Assembly: GCA_016710635.1 (NCBI GenBank)
Contig: JADJVL010000001.1
Coordinates: forward strand, 176,236 to 240,235
DNA: 64,000 nucleotides
Origin: Holophagaceae bacterium
GTDB taxonomy: Bacteria > Acidobacteriota > Holophagae > Holophagales > Holophagaceae
Direction of reading: 5' to 3'
Shown: positions 49,472 to 57,188 of the stretch, piece by piece
How the letters are laid out: the number at the start of each line of letters is the position of its first letter
How positions within the stretch are numbered: the first letter of the stretch is position 1
Program-made: the position numbers and the translations under genes
The notes under the pieces: generated by a model
Told to the model about the DNA's origin: nothing
The model's database searches: none
The model's input: only the letters and a program-made list of their open reading frames with translations

Positions 49472-50734
49472 TCAGCGAGTGACTCCGAAGGCCCACCATA
49501 GGAACTGGGCCGCGGCGAAGCCCGCCGCGAGGCCAAGGCCCAGTCGTTGCAGGAAGGGCAGGTCCAGTCCGGCGGCGGCCGCCATCGGCCTGGGTCCGGG
49601 CTTGCCCGCGGCAGCCTTGGCGCCGCTGGGTGCCTTCGACGCCGCGCCCTGGGGCTGAGCGGGCGCCGCCGCCTCGAACTCGGCTTCCGCGGCGGGTTCC
49701 CGCTCCTGGTTGTCCAGGGTGATCTTCAGCGGGCCCGGCCCGCTTCCGGACAGAGGGGCGAAGCTGCCGGAACCGTAGGGGGACGCGGCGAAGTTGCCCG
49801 TGGTCTGGACGGCCGTCTGCATCGTCGAAGCCATGGGAGGCCGGTGCTGCAGCCGCCGCACAAGGCCGATGTCCGTGGCGCCGCCTTCGCCGGTGAGGGC
49901 TTCCAGCATCCGCTTCTCGTGGGCCTCCGAAAGGCCGATCCCCTGGATCAGGTCCGCCATGAATTCCGGCAGGCTGTCGTAGCGTTCCTCCGGATCGGCG
50001 TTGAGGGCCTTCTGGAAGGGGGCCGCGCAGGCCGGAGGCAGCTCGGGGGGAATGACCGGCGCCTCGTGCAGGATGTGGTTCACCACCTCGGCGACGGTGG
50101 TGCCGGGATGGGGCAACTGGCCCGTGAGAAGTTCCATGGCGGTGGCGGCGAACGCATAGCGGTCCGAGTTCGTGGTCGGATCCTGGCCCCGAAGCAGTTC
50201 AGGGGCCGTGTAGGGCGGCGAGCCGAAGAAGTCCCCCGCCGCTGTGGCCCTTGGCGCCATGGTCCGCGCGATGCCGAAGTCCATCAGCTTCACGCGGCCC
50301 TCGCCGGTCACCAGGATGTTCTCGGGCTTCACGTCCCGGTGCACGATGGCCAGGCGATGGGCGGCCCGCAGGGCCCGCATCGCCTGGATGAGCACGTTCA
50401 GGCAGCCTTCCAGGTCCAGGGCCTTCCCTTCGATGAGGCTGTCGAGGGTCTTGCCGTCGACGTACTCCATGGCCATGAAGGGCCCCAGCCCGGGCTCTTC
50501 GCCCACGTCGTGGATGGTGACCACGTTGGGGTGGTTCAGCTGGGCGCTGATCTCGGCTTCGCGCTTGAAGCGGTCCAGGGCCTGGGCGACTTCGACCCCG
50601 CCCTCGGCCTTCACCACCTTGATGGCGACCCGCCGCTTGAGGAGGGGATCCTCCGCGAGGAAGACCATGCCCATGCCGCCCTGTCCCAGGAGCTTGTGGA
50701 TCTGGTACCGGCCGATGGTGCGGAGTTCGCTCAT
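49472..50734 (-). CDS. Hanks-type Ser/Thr protein kinase, C-terminally membrane-anchored
   Basis: The ORF has GQGGMGMVFLA, AIKVVK, HRDVKPENILV, DFGIAR and a C-terminal hydrophobic LGLGLAAGFAAAQFLWWAF. Confidence 0.92.
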   Translation of the reverse strand: MSELRTIGRYQIHKLLGQGGMGMVFLAEDPLLKRRVAIKVVKAEGGVEVAQALDRFKREAEISAQLNHPNVVTIHDVGEEPGLGPFMAMEYVDGKTLDSLIEGKALDLEGCLNVLIQAMRALRAAHRLAIVHRDVKPENILVTGEGRVKLMDFGIARTMAPRATAAGDFFGSPPYTAPELLRGQDPTTNSDRYAFAATAMELLTGQLPHPGTTVAEVVNHILHEAPVIPPELPPACAAPFQKALNADPEERYDSLPEFMADLIQGIGLSEAHEKRMLEALTGEGGATDIGLVRRLQHRPPMASTMQTAVQTTGNFAASPYGSGSFAPLSGSGPGPLKITLDNQEREPAAEAEFEAAAPAQPQGAASKAPSGAKAAAGKPGPRPMAAAAGLDLPFLQRLGLGLAAGFAAAQFLWWAFGVTR

Positions 50735-50768
50735 GGGGCCCCTTCGGACACGAGCATACGGCGATTCG

Positions 50769-52454
50769 TCATTGGGAGCCTTCCTCCGCGTGTTGCAGCT
50801 GGATCGGATTGGGCAGGGGCTGGCCCGGCTCCACCCGGCCCACCCAGCTCCGGTAGCCCGGCATCATCAGCCGGAGGTCGCCCCGGCCGTCCACGGTCAT
50901 GGGCAGGGATTCCATCGGGGTCGTGCCCACCCGCACGCCGTTGAGGAAGACCGAGGCTCCCCGCGGATCCGACACCACCGGATAGGCCCGGGGCTCGGGC
51001 TCGAGACGCACGAGCAGGGCGCTCTCCTCGGTGCCGATGGCCTCCTCCCTGGCCATGTACTGTTCCTTCTGGACCTTGATCCGCCGGGCCTGGACATCGA
51101 CCCGGATGCGGTCGAGGGGGGTCCGGCCGAAGAACTTGCCGTCGATGAAGACTTCGGCCCCGGACGGGATCGAGTCCACCGAAATGGAACGGTCCCGCCA
51201 GCCGAGGCGGGGCCCGACCCAGGAGAAGACCTGGAGGGCGAGCACCACGCCCAGGGTCCACTTCACCGCGGTCCACACGCCGGGAGAGACCGTCGCCGTC
51301 CCACCACTCCGCTTCAGGGAGGTCCGGGAGTGCCGTCCGCTGGGGTGGGTGTCGGATTCGGCGGCCGGCCCCGGCAGGGGCTGGGCGAGCTGGATCTTCT
51401 CGTTCCCGGTCGTGGGCCGGCGGGGGGGCTGGGCAGGCCGGGCCGCGGCCGTCGCCGCCTCGAAGAGCTGCATGGCCTGGGTCCGGCGCTGGGTGACGAT
51501 GCCCGCGGTGCCGACGTCCTCTTCCTGGTTCAGGGTGGCGAACAGCCGGGAGCGCAGGGAGGTCGGGCCCTCGAGGCTGTCGATGAGCTCTTCGATGAAG
51601 TCCAGCAGGGTGGGATAGCGGTCGTCCGGATCCATCTCCAGGGCGCGGCGGAACACCTTCGCCATGCGGGGGGCCATGTCCGCGGGGATCTCCGGAGGGA
51701 AGCGGAGGGTGTGGGTGATGATCGAGGCGATGTCCTTCCCGGGGTGGGGCAGCTTGCCGCTCATCAGCTCGAAGGCGGTGGCGGCGAAGGAGTAGCGGTC
51801 GCTGCTGGGGGTGCCGAGGGAGCCCCGCAGCATCTCCGGCGCGGAGTAGGCCGGGCTGCCGAGGAAATCGCCGGTGCTGGTGATCCGGAGCGCGGTGGTT
51901 TCGGCGACGTCCTGGTTGAGCCGCTCGTGCCAGCCGGCTTCCAGAGCCCCGGATTCGGCGTGGGAACCGATCTGGGCGAAGGTGCGGGCGATCCCGAAAT
52001 CCATGAGCTTCGCGCGGCCCTCGTCGCTGACCATGATGTTGGCGGGCTTGATGTCCCGGTGGACGATGGCGCAGCGGTGGGCGGCCCGGAGGGCCCGGCT
52101 GGTCTGGATGAGCACCTTGGCCTTGGTCTCCAGGTCCAGGTCGAGGTCCTTGATGTGCTTGTTCAGAGCCGTGCCTTCCACGTACTCCATGGCGAGGAAG
52201 GGCCCGATCTCGGGCTCGACGCCCACGTCGAAGACGGTGACCACATTCGGGTGGTTCAGCTGGGCGGAAGTCTCGGCCTCCTTGCGGAACCTCAGCATCG
52301 CCTGCTGCCGGACTTCGCCGTCCCCCTTGACCACCTTGATGGCGACCCGCCGCTTCAGCAGCGGATCCTCCGCAAGGTAGACAACGCCCATGCCGCCCTG
52401 GCCGAGCTGGCGCAGGACGTGATAGCGGCCGATGGTGCGTGGATCTCCGTTCAT
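50769..52454 (-). CDS. Hanks-type Ser/Thr protein kinase with a TM segment and two C-terminal PEGA-like domains
   Basis: The ORF has GQGGMGVVYLA, HRDIKPANIMV, DFGIAR, a TM segment WTLGVVLALQVF, then SIPSGAEVFIDGKFFGRTP and SDPRGASVFLNGVRVGTTP. I chose the ATG at 52454 by analogy with the neighbouring paralogue; the track start at 52472 is a TTG. Confidence 0.9.
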   Translation of the reverse strand: MNGDPRTIGRYHVLRQLGQGGMGVVYLAEDPLLKRRVAIKVVKGDGEVRQQAMLRFRKEAETSAQLNHPNVVTVFDVGVEPEIGPFLAMEYVEGTALNKHIKDLDLDLETKAKVLIQTSRALRAAHRCAIVHRDIKPANIMVSDEGRAKLMDFGIARTFAQIGSHAESGALEAGWHERLNQDVAETTALRITSTGDFLGSPAYSAPEMLRGSLGTPSSDRYSFAATAFELMSGKLPHPGKDIASIITHTLRFPPEIPADMAPRMAKVFRRALEMDPDDRYPTLLDFIEELIDSLEGPTSLRSRLFATLNQEEDVGTAGIVTQRRTQAMQLFEAATAAARPAQPPRRPTTGNEKIQLAQPLPGPAAESDTHPSGRHSRTSLKRSGGTATVSPGVWTAVKWTLGVVLALQVFSWVGPRLGWRDRSISVDSIPSGAEVFIDGKFFGRTPLDRIRVDVQARRIKVQKEQYMAREEAIGTEESALLVRLEPEPRAYPVVSDPRGASVFLNGVRVGTTPMESLPMTVDGRGDLRLMMPGYRSWVGRVEPGQPLPNPIQLQHAEEGSQ

Positions 52455-52531
52455 GGCAGGGTTGCAGTACAAGACTATACCTCTGGAAAGGCCCTGGATC
52501 GCGGTAGAATGGCCGTTTGACGAGGATTGGC

Positions 52532-53104
52532 ATGGCCCTCCTGGAAGCGATCGAGATCAAGCGGAAGATGTTCTTCGAGCACGAGGGCGTGCCCTTCCAC
52601 TGCCTGGACTTCGAAGTCAGCACGCCCACCGCCCGGGGCGGCCAGACCCTGGTGCGCCTCAAGATGCGAAACCTGCTGACCCGCGCCGTCTTCGACAAGA
52701 CCTTCAAGGCCGGGGACAAGTTCAAGGAGCCCGACCTCGTCATGGTGCCCGCCAGCTTCCTCTACGCCGATGGCGAGGGCGGCCACTTCATGGACCAGGA
52801 GAGCTTCGAGACCCACGAGATCGGTCCCGACATGCTGGGGGACGCCCTGGACTTCCTTCTGGAAGGCGTCCTGGTCCAGATCCAGAAGTTCAACGGCAAC
52901 CCCATCGGCATCGTGATCCCCCAGCAGGTGGAACTGGCGGTGACCTACACCGAACCCGGCGCCCGCGGCGACACGGCGTCGGGCAACGTCATGAAGCCCG
53001 CCAAGCTGGAGACCGGCATCGAGATCAAGGTGCCCCTCTTCATCAAGGAAGGCGAACGGGTGAAGGTCAGCACGGAAACCCGGGAGTTCGCGGGCCGGGC
53101 CTGA
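52532..53104 (+). CDS. efpL: Elongation factor P family protein with an Arg-type loop (EfpL/YeiP-like)
   Basis: The loop reads VSTPTARGGQTLVRLKMRNLLT in place of the KPGKG loop of canonical EF-P. Domain III has TEPGARGDTASGNVMKPAKLETG, and the protein ends FAGRA. The ATG at 52532 has GAGGA upstream. Confidence 0.8.
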   Translation: MALLEAIEIKRKMFFEHEGVPFHCLDFEVSTPTARGGQTLVRLKMRNLLTRAVFDKTFKAGDKFKEPDLVMVPASFLYADGEGGHFMDQESFETHEIGPDMLGDALDFLLEGVLVQIQKFNGNPIGIVIPQQVELAVTYTEPGARGDTASGNVMKPAKLETGIEIKVPLFIKEGERVKVSTETREFAGRA

Positions 53105-54210
53105 TGAGCCGCAAATTCCGCCTCGGCCAGAGCCGGGAAGCCCAGGACATGGACCACCGGGAGTCCTACTCGGCGGAGCGGAAGTCCCACAGCAAGCGGC
53201 GCCAGCAGTCCGCCGAGCGCCTGTCCACGGGCCTCAGCTCCCACGATCCGGACAGCCTGCTCCAGTTGCCCGATCCCACGCCCTGGCTGCACCTGCCCGA
53301 AGCGACCCTCATCACCCGGCACAGCCAATGGGTGGATCTGGAACTGCCGGACCGCTCGGAACTGCGGGCCACCCTCGGGGGCAAGCTGAAGGGCGTCAAG
53401 CTCGTGGTGGGGGACCGGGTGCGCTACTCGCCCGTGCCGGTGGAGGCCACCGACGCCGACCGGCCCCAGGCGCAGGTCGTGGCGGTCATGCCCCGGCGGA
53501 CCCTGCTGAAGCGCGGCGGCATCGACGACCGGGAACCCTGGCAGCTCATCTGCGCGAACGCCGACGAGCTGTGGGCCTGCGCCGCGGTGGTGGATCCGCC
53601 CCTGCGGCCGGGGCTGCTGGAGCGGGCCCAGGTCCTGGCCCTCGCCGCCGGCCTCGTCTTCCGCGCCATCGTCACCAAGCGCGACCGGGCCAGCGTGAAG
53701 GACACCCTGCCCGAACTCGATCCGCTCCGGGGCCAGGGCGTGCCCATCCTGGAGACCAGCGCGGAGACCGGCGCGGGGCTCGACGCCCTGCGGATCCTGC
53801 TGGCGGACCGGACCGCGGTCCTCGTGGGCCACAGCGGCGTGGGCAAGAGCACCCTCGTGAATGCGCTGCTCCCGGGCCACGAACTGCTGCGCACCGGGGC
53901 CATGAGCCGCTACGGCACGGGCCGCCAGACCACCACCACCGCCCGCTGGCTGCCCACGCCCTTCGGCGGCACCCTCATCGACACCCCAGGCATCCGCAAC
54001 CTCAGCGTCCGCGGCCTTTCCCGGGAGCTGCTGCAGGCGGTTTTTCCCGAGTTCAAGGCCGCCGTCCTCGAAGCACCGATGGACTTCGACCCCAACGACG
54101 AAGAGGTTCTGGACGCCCTCGACCTGGACTACCCGGAACGCTTGCAGAGCCTCCAGCGCCTCTGGCTCGAAATGGAAGAGCGCAATCCGAACCAAAACGT
54201 GCACCGGTAA
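53104..54210 (+). CDS. rsgA: Ribosome small-subunit-dependent GTPase A (RsgA/YjeQ), variant without zinc-finger cysteines
   Basis: The ORF has a circularly permuted G domain (VTKRD, then GHSGVGKSTLVNAL, then DTPG) and an OB-like N-terminal region. Its ATG overlaps the efpL stop (TGATG). Confidence 0.88.
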   Translation: MSRKFRLGQSREAQDMDHRESYSAERKSHSKRRQQSAERLSTGLSSHDPDSLLQLPDPTPWLHLPEATLITRHSQWVDLELPDRSELRATLGGKLKGVKLVVGDRVRYSPVPVEATDADRPQAQVVAVMPRRTLLKRGGIDDREPWQLICANADELWACAAVVDPPLRPGLLERAQVLALAAGLVFRAIVTKRDRASVKDTLPELDPLRGQGVPILETSAETGAGLDALRILLADRTAVLVGHSGVGKSTLVNALLPGHELLRTGAMSRYGTGRQTTTTARWLPTPFGGTLIDTPGIRNLSVRGLSRELLQAVFPEFKAAVLEAPMDFDPNDEEVLDALDLDYPERLQSLQRLWLEMEERNPNQNVHR

Positions 54211-54266
54211 CGAGCGGGGGGACCGCCCGCTCCCTTCGGTCGCTCTTCGTCCCCCCGCGCCCCCAC

Positions 54267-54295
54267 GGCGCCTCCGGGCCAAGCCCGAAGGCGCC
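54267..54295 (+). terminator. Stem-loop downstream of rsgA
   Basis: ggcgcctccggg-ccaag-cccgaaggcgcc pairs at 11 of 12 positions and is followed by gtctgtt. Confidence 0.4.
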
Positions 54296-54315
54296 GTCTG
54301 TTAGGTTGGAAGGCG

Positions 54316-55278
54316 ATGCAAGACCGCATGCAGAGCGATTCCAAGGTGCTGGATCTCGTCTACGGCGGGGTCTTCGGCACGCTGTTCCCGATGTTCCTAT
54401 TCGCGGCGCGGACCTTCGAGCACCGGGAGCGTGGCTTCGAGATCGCCGACCAGGTCATGGAAGCCTTCATCGCCCTGCGGCCCAAGTACCTGGACGCCGT
54501 CTGCGGCAACATGGCCCAGGTGCTCGGTCTTCCGCCAGAGCACCCGGAGGTGCGGCGCGTGGCCGTCCAGGCCATCCGCCAGCACGCCTATTCCTGGGTG
54601 GACTTCTTCCGGTTCGGGCAGCGGTCGGTGGACTACGGCCTGAGCTTCATGGACGCCATCGAGGGCCGGGAGCACCTGGACGCCAGCCTCGCGGAGGGCC
54701 GCGGCGTGATCCTGCTGACGGCCCACCTTGGCAGCTACGAGGTGGGCGGCATGCTGCTGCGGAGCCGGGGCACGAGCATCCACGCGGTGTACAAGCCCGA
54801 CCGCTTCGCGCCGGTGGAGAAGCTGCGCACCCGGATGCGGGAGAACACCGGGGTCATCGGCATCCCCGTGGGCGAGGGCTTTGCGACCCTGCCGCTGGTG
54901 AAGGTGCTGCGGGAGGGCGGTCTCGTGGGGATGCAGGGGGACCGGGACTTCAGCCTGAACGGGCTGCCCATCCCCTTCTTCGGTCGGGAGGCCTTCTTCC
55001 CCCGCGGCCCCTGGGAACTGGCGGCCATGACCGGCGCCGCCATCGTCCCCGCCTTCTTCTTCACCAATGCGGAGCACCGTTTCATGGGGCACTTCGAGGC
55101 CCCCATCCATGTGCTCGGCGGACGAGGCGAACGCATGCGGGCCATCGAGACCGGCATGCGGGAGTACGTGGCCCACCTGGAGCAGCTGGTGCGGGAGCAC
55201 CCCGACCAGTGGTACTGCTTCTACCCCTTCTGGGACGATCCGAAAAGGCAGGCGGAGGCTCAGAAGAGCGAGAGCTGA
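54316..55278 (+). CDS. Lysophospholipid/lipid A biosynthesis acyltransferase family protein (LpxL/HtrB-like)
   Basis: 320-aa ORF with GRGVILLTAHLGSYE (HX4D-type region with the order altered), VYKPDRF, and GGLVGMQGDRD, typical of Lip_A_acyltrans proteins. Confidence 0.75.
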   Translation: MQDRMQSDSKVLDLVYGGVFGTLFPMFLFAARTFEHRERGFEIADQVMEAFIALRPKYLDAVCGNMAQVLGLPPEHPEVRRVAVQAIRQHAYSWVDFFRFGQRSVDYGLSFMDAIEGREHLDASLAEGRGVILLTAHLGSYEVGGMLLRSRGTSIHAVYKPDRFAPVEKLRTRMRENTGVIGIPVGEGFATLPLVKVLREGGLVGMQGDRDFSLNGLPIPFFGREAFFPRGPWELAAMTGAAIVPAFFFTNAEHRFMGHFEAPIHVLGGRGERMRAIETGMREYVAHLEQLVREHPDQWYCFYPFWDDPKRQAEAQKSES

Positions 55279-56042
55279 CGGTAGTCGAAGCTTTCGAAGC
55301 CCTTGAGGTGGTGCTTCACGATCTCGAAGTTGGCCGACAGGTCGAAGTCCCTCGGCATGATGTAGCTCGGATGGCGCACGGTCACCCGGTCCCGGAAGGC
55401 GTGGCTGCCCCCCTTCCCCGTGTCGTGGACGATGGGCTGGATGGGGTAGTTCACCTTGTAGAAGGCCTTGGCGATGAGGGCCGAGCAGATGATCTCCCGG
55501 CTGGTGGAACTCCCGAAGTAGAGGGGCTTGCGCCGGAACCGCGCGGGCAGCAGGTGGAAAGGCGTGAGGTAGCGGGCGAGGTCGAAGATGTTGCGCTTGT
55601 CGTAGCGCACGCCCAGGTGCCGGAAGACCTCCTCGAGCACCCGGTCCAGGTCCTCCGGGCGCAGGCCATGGGGCCGGCAGATGCGGAGATTGTTGCCTTG
55701 GTACTTCGACAGGCTCACGCCGATGACGCCCATCTTCATGTCGCTCTCGATGAGCAGGTTCGCCGCGTCCTGCCCCAGCCGCTCCAGGCTCTCGTCCGCG
55801 TAGGGTCCGCCCCAGCGCAGCAGCGCGTCCCCGACGTAGATGGCCGCGTGGCTCCAGGAGCTCTGGGTGAGGTACATGATCACCTGGCTGATCCGCGTGC
55901 CGCCCTCCACCAGGACGATGTCGCCGGGCTGGAGGATCTCCTTCAGCCTCGCCATGTCGTTGGGCACCCGGCGCTGGTAGGCCCCCGACGACGAGGTCAG
56001 GTAGCCCACCATCCACGCAGCCATGCGGTCCATGAGGCCCAT
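55260..56042 (-). CDS. YiiX-like permuted papain-fold (NlpC/P60 superfamily) protein
   Basis: The ORF has LQPGDIVLVEGGTRISQVIMYLTQSSWSHAAIYVG and REIICSALIAKAF (candidate catalytic His and Cys in permuted order). I start it at MGLMDRM (ATG at 56042); the upstream Arg-rich extension in the track is rejected. Confidence 0.7.
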   Translation of the reverse strand: MGLMDRMAAWMVGYLTSSSGAYQRRVPNDMARLKEILQPGDIVLVEGGTRISQVIMYLTQSSWSHAAIYVGDALLRWGGPYADESLERLGQDAANLLIESDMKMGVIGVSLSKYQGNNLRICRPHGLRPEDLDRVLEEVFRHLGVRYDKRNIFDLARYLTPFHLLPARFRRKPLYFGSSTSREIICSALIAKAFYKVNYPIQPIVHDTGKGGSHAFRDRVTVRHPSYIMPRDFDLSANFEIVKHHLKGFESFDYRQLSLF

Positions 56043-56061
56043 GCCGCTAGGATACGACCCC

Positions 56062-56802
56062 ATGGACCTCCTGCGGCAAACCGCCCACCGCCCCTGGCCG
56101 ATGCCGGCGGGGCCTTGGGTCATGGCGCAGCGCTGGCACGACCTGCTCTTCGCCCACTGGCGCGTGCCCGAGGAGGCCCTGCGGGTCCACCTGCCCCCCG
56201 GCCTGGACCTGGATCTCCGAGAGGACTCCGCCTGGCTCGGGGTGGTGCCCTTTCGGATGAGCGGGATCCGGCCCCGGGGCCTTCCGCCCCTGCCCTGGCT
56301 CTCCGCCTTCCCCGAGCTGAACCTGCGCACCTATGTCATCCGGGACGGCCGGCCCGGCGTCTGGTTCTTCAGCCTGGACGCCACCCAGCCCCTGGCCGTG
56401 CGCTTCGCCCGCCACGCCTTCCACCTGCCCTACATGGACGCGGCCATGGCCTGCGAGGCGGAGGGCGAGGACATCCACTACCTCAGCCGCCGCATCCACC
56501 GTGGAGAACCAGCGGCGGCATTCCAGGGGCGCTACGGGCCCACGGGACCGACGTTCCAGGCGGCACCCGGCAGCCTGGAACACTGGCTTACCGAACGGTA
56601 CTGCCTCTACGCCGCCGACGAGGCGGGAGGCCTCCTGCGCGCGGAGATCCACCACGTCCCGTGGCCACTCCAGCCCGCCTGGGCCGACATCAGCCTCAAC
56701 ACCATGGCGGCGCCCCTGGGCCTGGAACTCGTCCGCCCCCCGGATTCCATGCTCTTCGCCCGGAGCCTGGACGTGGTGGTCTGGTGGCCCGAAATGGTTT
56801 GA
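56062..56802 (+). CDS. DUF2071 (YqjF-like) family protein
   Basis: The ORF has PWVMAQRWHDLLFAHWRVPEEALRVHLPPGLDLD...AWLGVVPFRM...FPELNLRTYV, which matches the family pattern as I remember it. Confidence 0.7.
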   Translation: MDLLRQTAHRPWPMPAGPWVMAQRWHDLLFAHWRVPEEALRVHLPPGLDLDLREDSAWLGVVPFRMSGIRPRGLPPLPWLSAFPELNLRTYVIRDGRPGVWFFSLDATQPLAVRFARHAFHLPYMDAAMACEAEGEDIHYLSRRIHRGEPAAAFQGRYGPTGPTFQAAPGSLEHWLTERYCLYAADEAGGLLRAEIHHVPWPLQPAWADISLNTMAAPLGLELVRPPDSMLFARSLDVVVWWPEMV

Positions 56803-56806
56803 GGCC

Positions 56807-57187
56807 CTAGAACCGGTCCTGGAAGGGCTGCTTACCGTATTTCTGGAAGCGCCGGGTCGTGCGCCACGCGTAAATGCCAGCCACCAGATGGCTGACTCCG
56901 GGCACGCGCAGCAGGGGCGCCACCAGCTTCCACCTCGGCATGCGCGCCAACACGTGGGGCAGCAGGCCGGCGCCCTTCCAGACCCGTCTTGTGCCCTCTT
57001 CCAGCCCGTGGATGTCGCCGTGGAGGTCCCGGCCCGCGAGTTCCGGCGCGATGGCCACGAGTTCGCGGCTCTGGAGAGGGAAGAAGACCAGCAGGCCGTC
57101 CCGGTCGCGGGCCCGCAGACGGTCCATCATCCGGCAGCAGACGCTGCATTCGGCGTCATAGGCGAGGATCAGGATCGGCTTGGGCAC
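56807..57187 (-). CDS. Thiol-disulfide oxidoreductase DCC family protein (DUF393)
   Basis: 126-aa ORF with YDAECSVCCRMMDRL, the N-terminal DxxCxxC signature. It starts 2 nt after the NuoG-like stop. Confidence 0.75.
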   Translation of the reverse strand: MPKPILILAYDAECSVCCRMMDRLRARDRDGLLVFFPLQSRELVAIAPELAGRDLHGDIHGLEEGTRRVWKGAGLLPHVLARMPRWKLVAPLLRVPGVSHLVAGIYAWRTTRRFQKYGKQPFQDRF

Positions 57188-57188
57188 A

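Noticed and set aside
55260-55278. A 19-nt convergent overlap between the 3' ends of the acyltransferase and YiiX-like genes.
   Set aside because: The overlap is real in the sequence, but short convergent 3' overlaps are common in compact high-GC genomes. There is nothing further to suggest regulation.
53328-56810. A 1160-aa plus-strand ORF spanning rsgA, the acyltransferase, the YiiX-like gene (antisense) and DUF2071.
   Set aside because: It crosses several independently supported genes in other frames or on the other strand. Its product is an Arg/Pro/Gly-rich low-complexity string.
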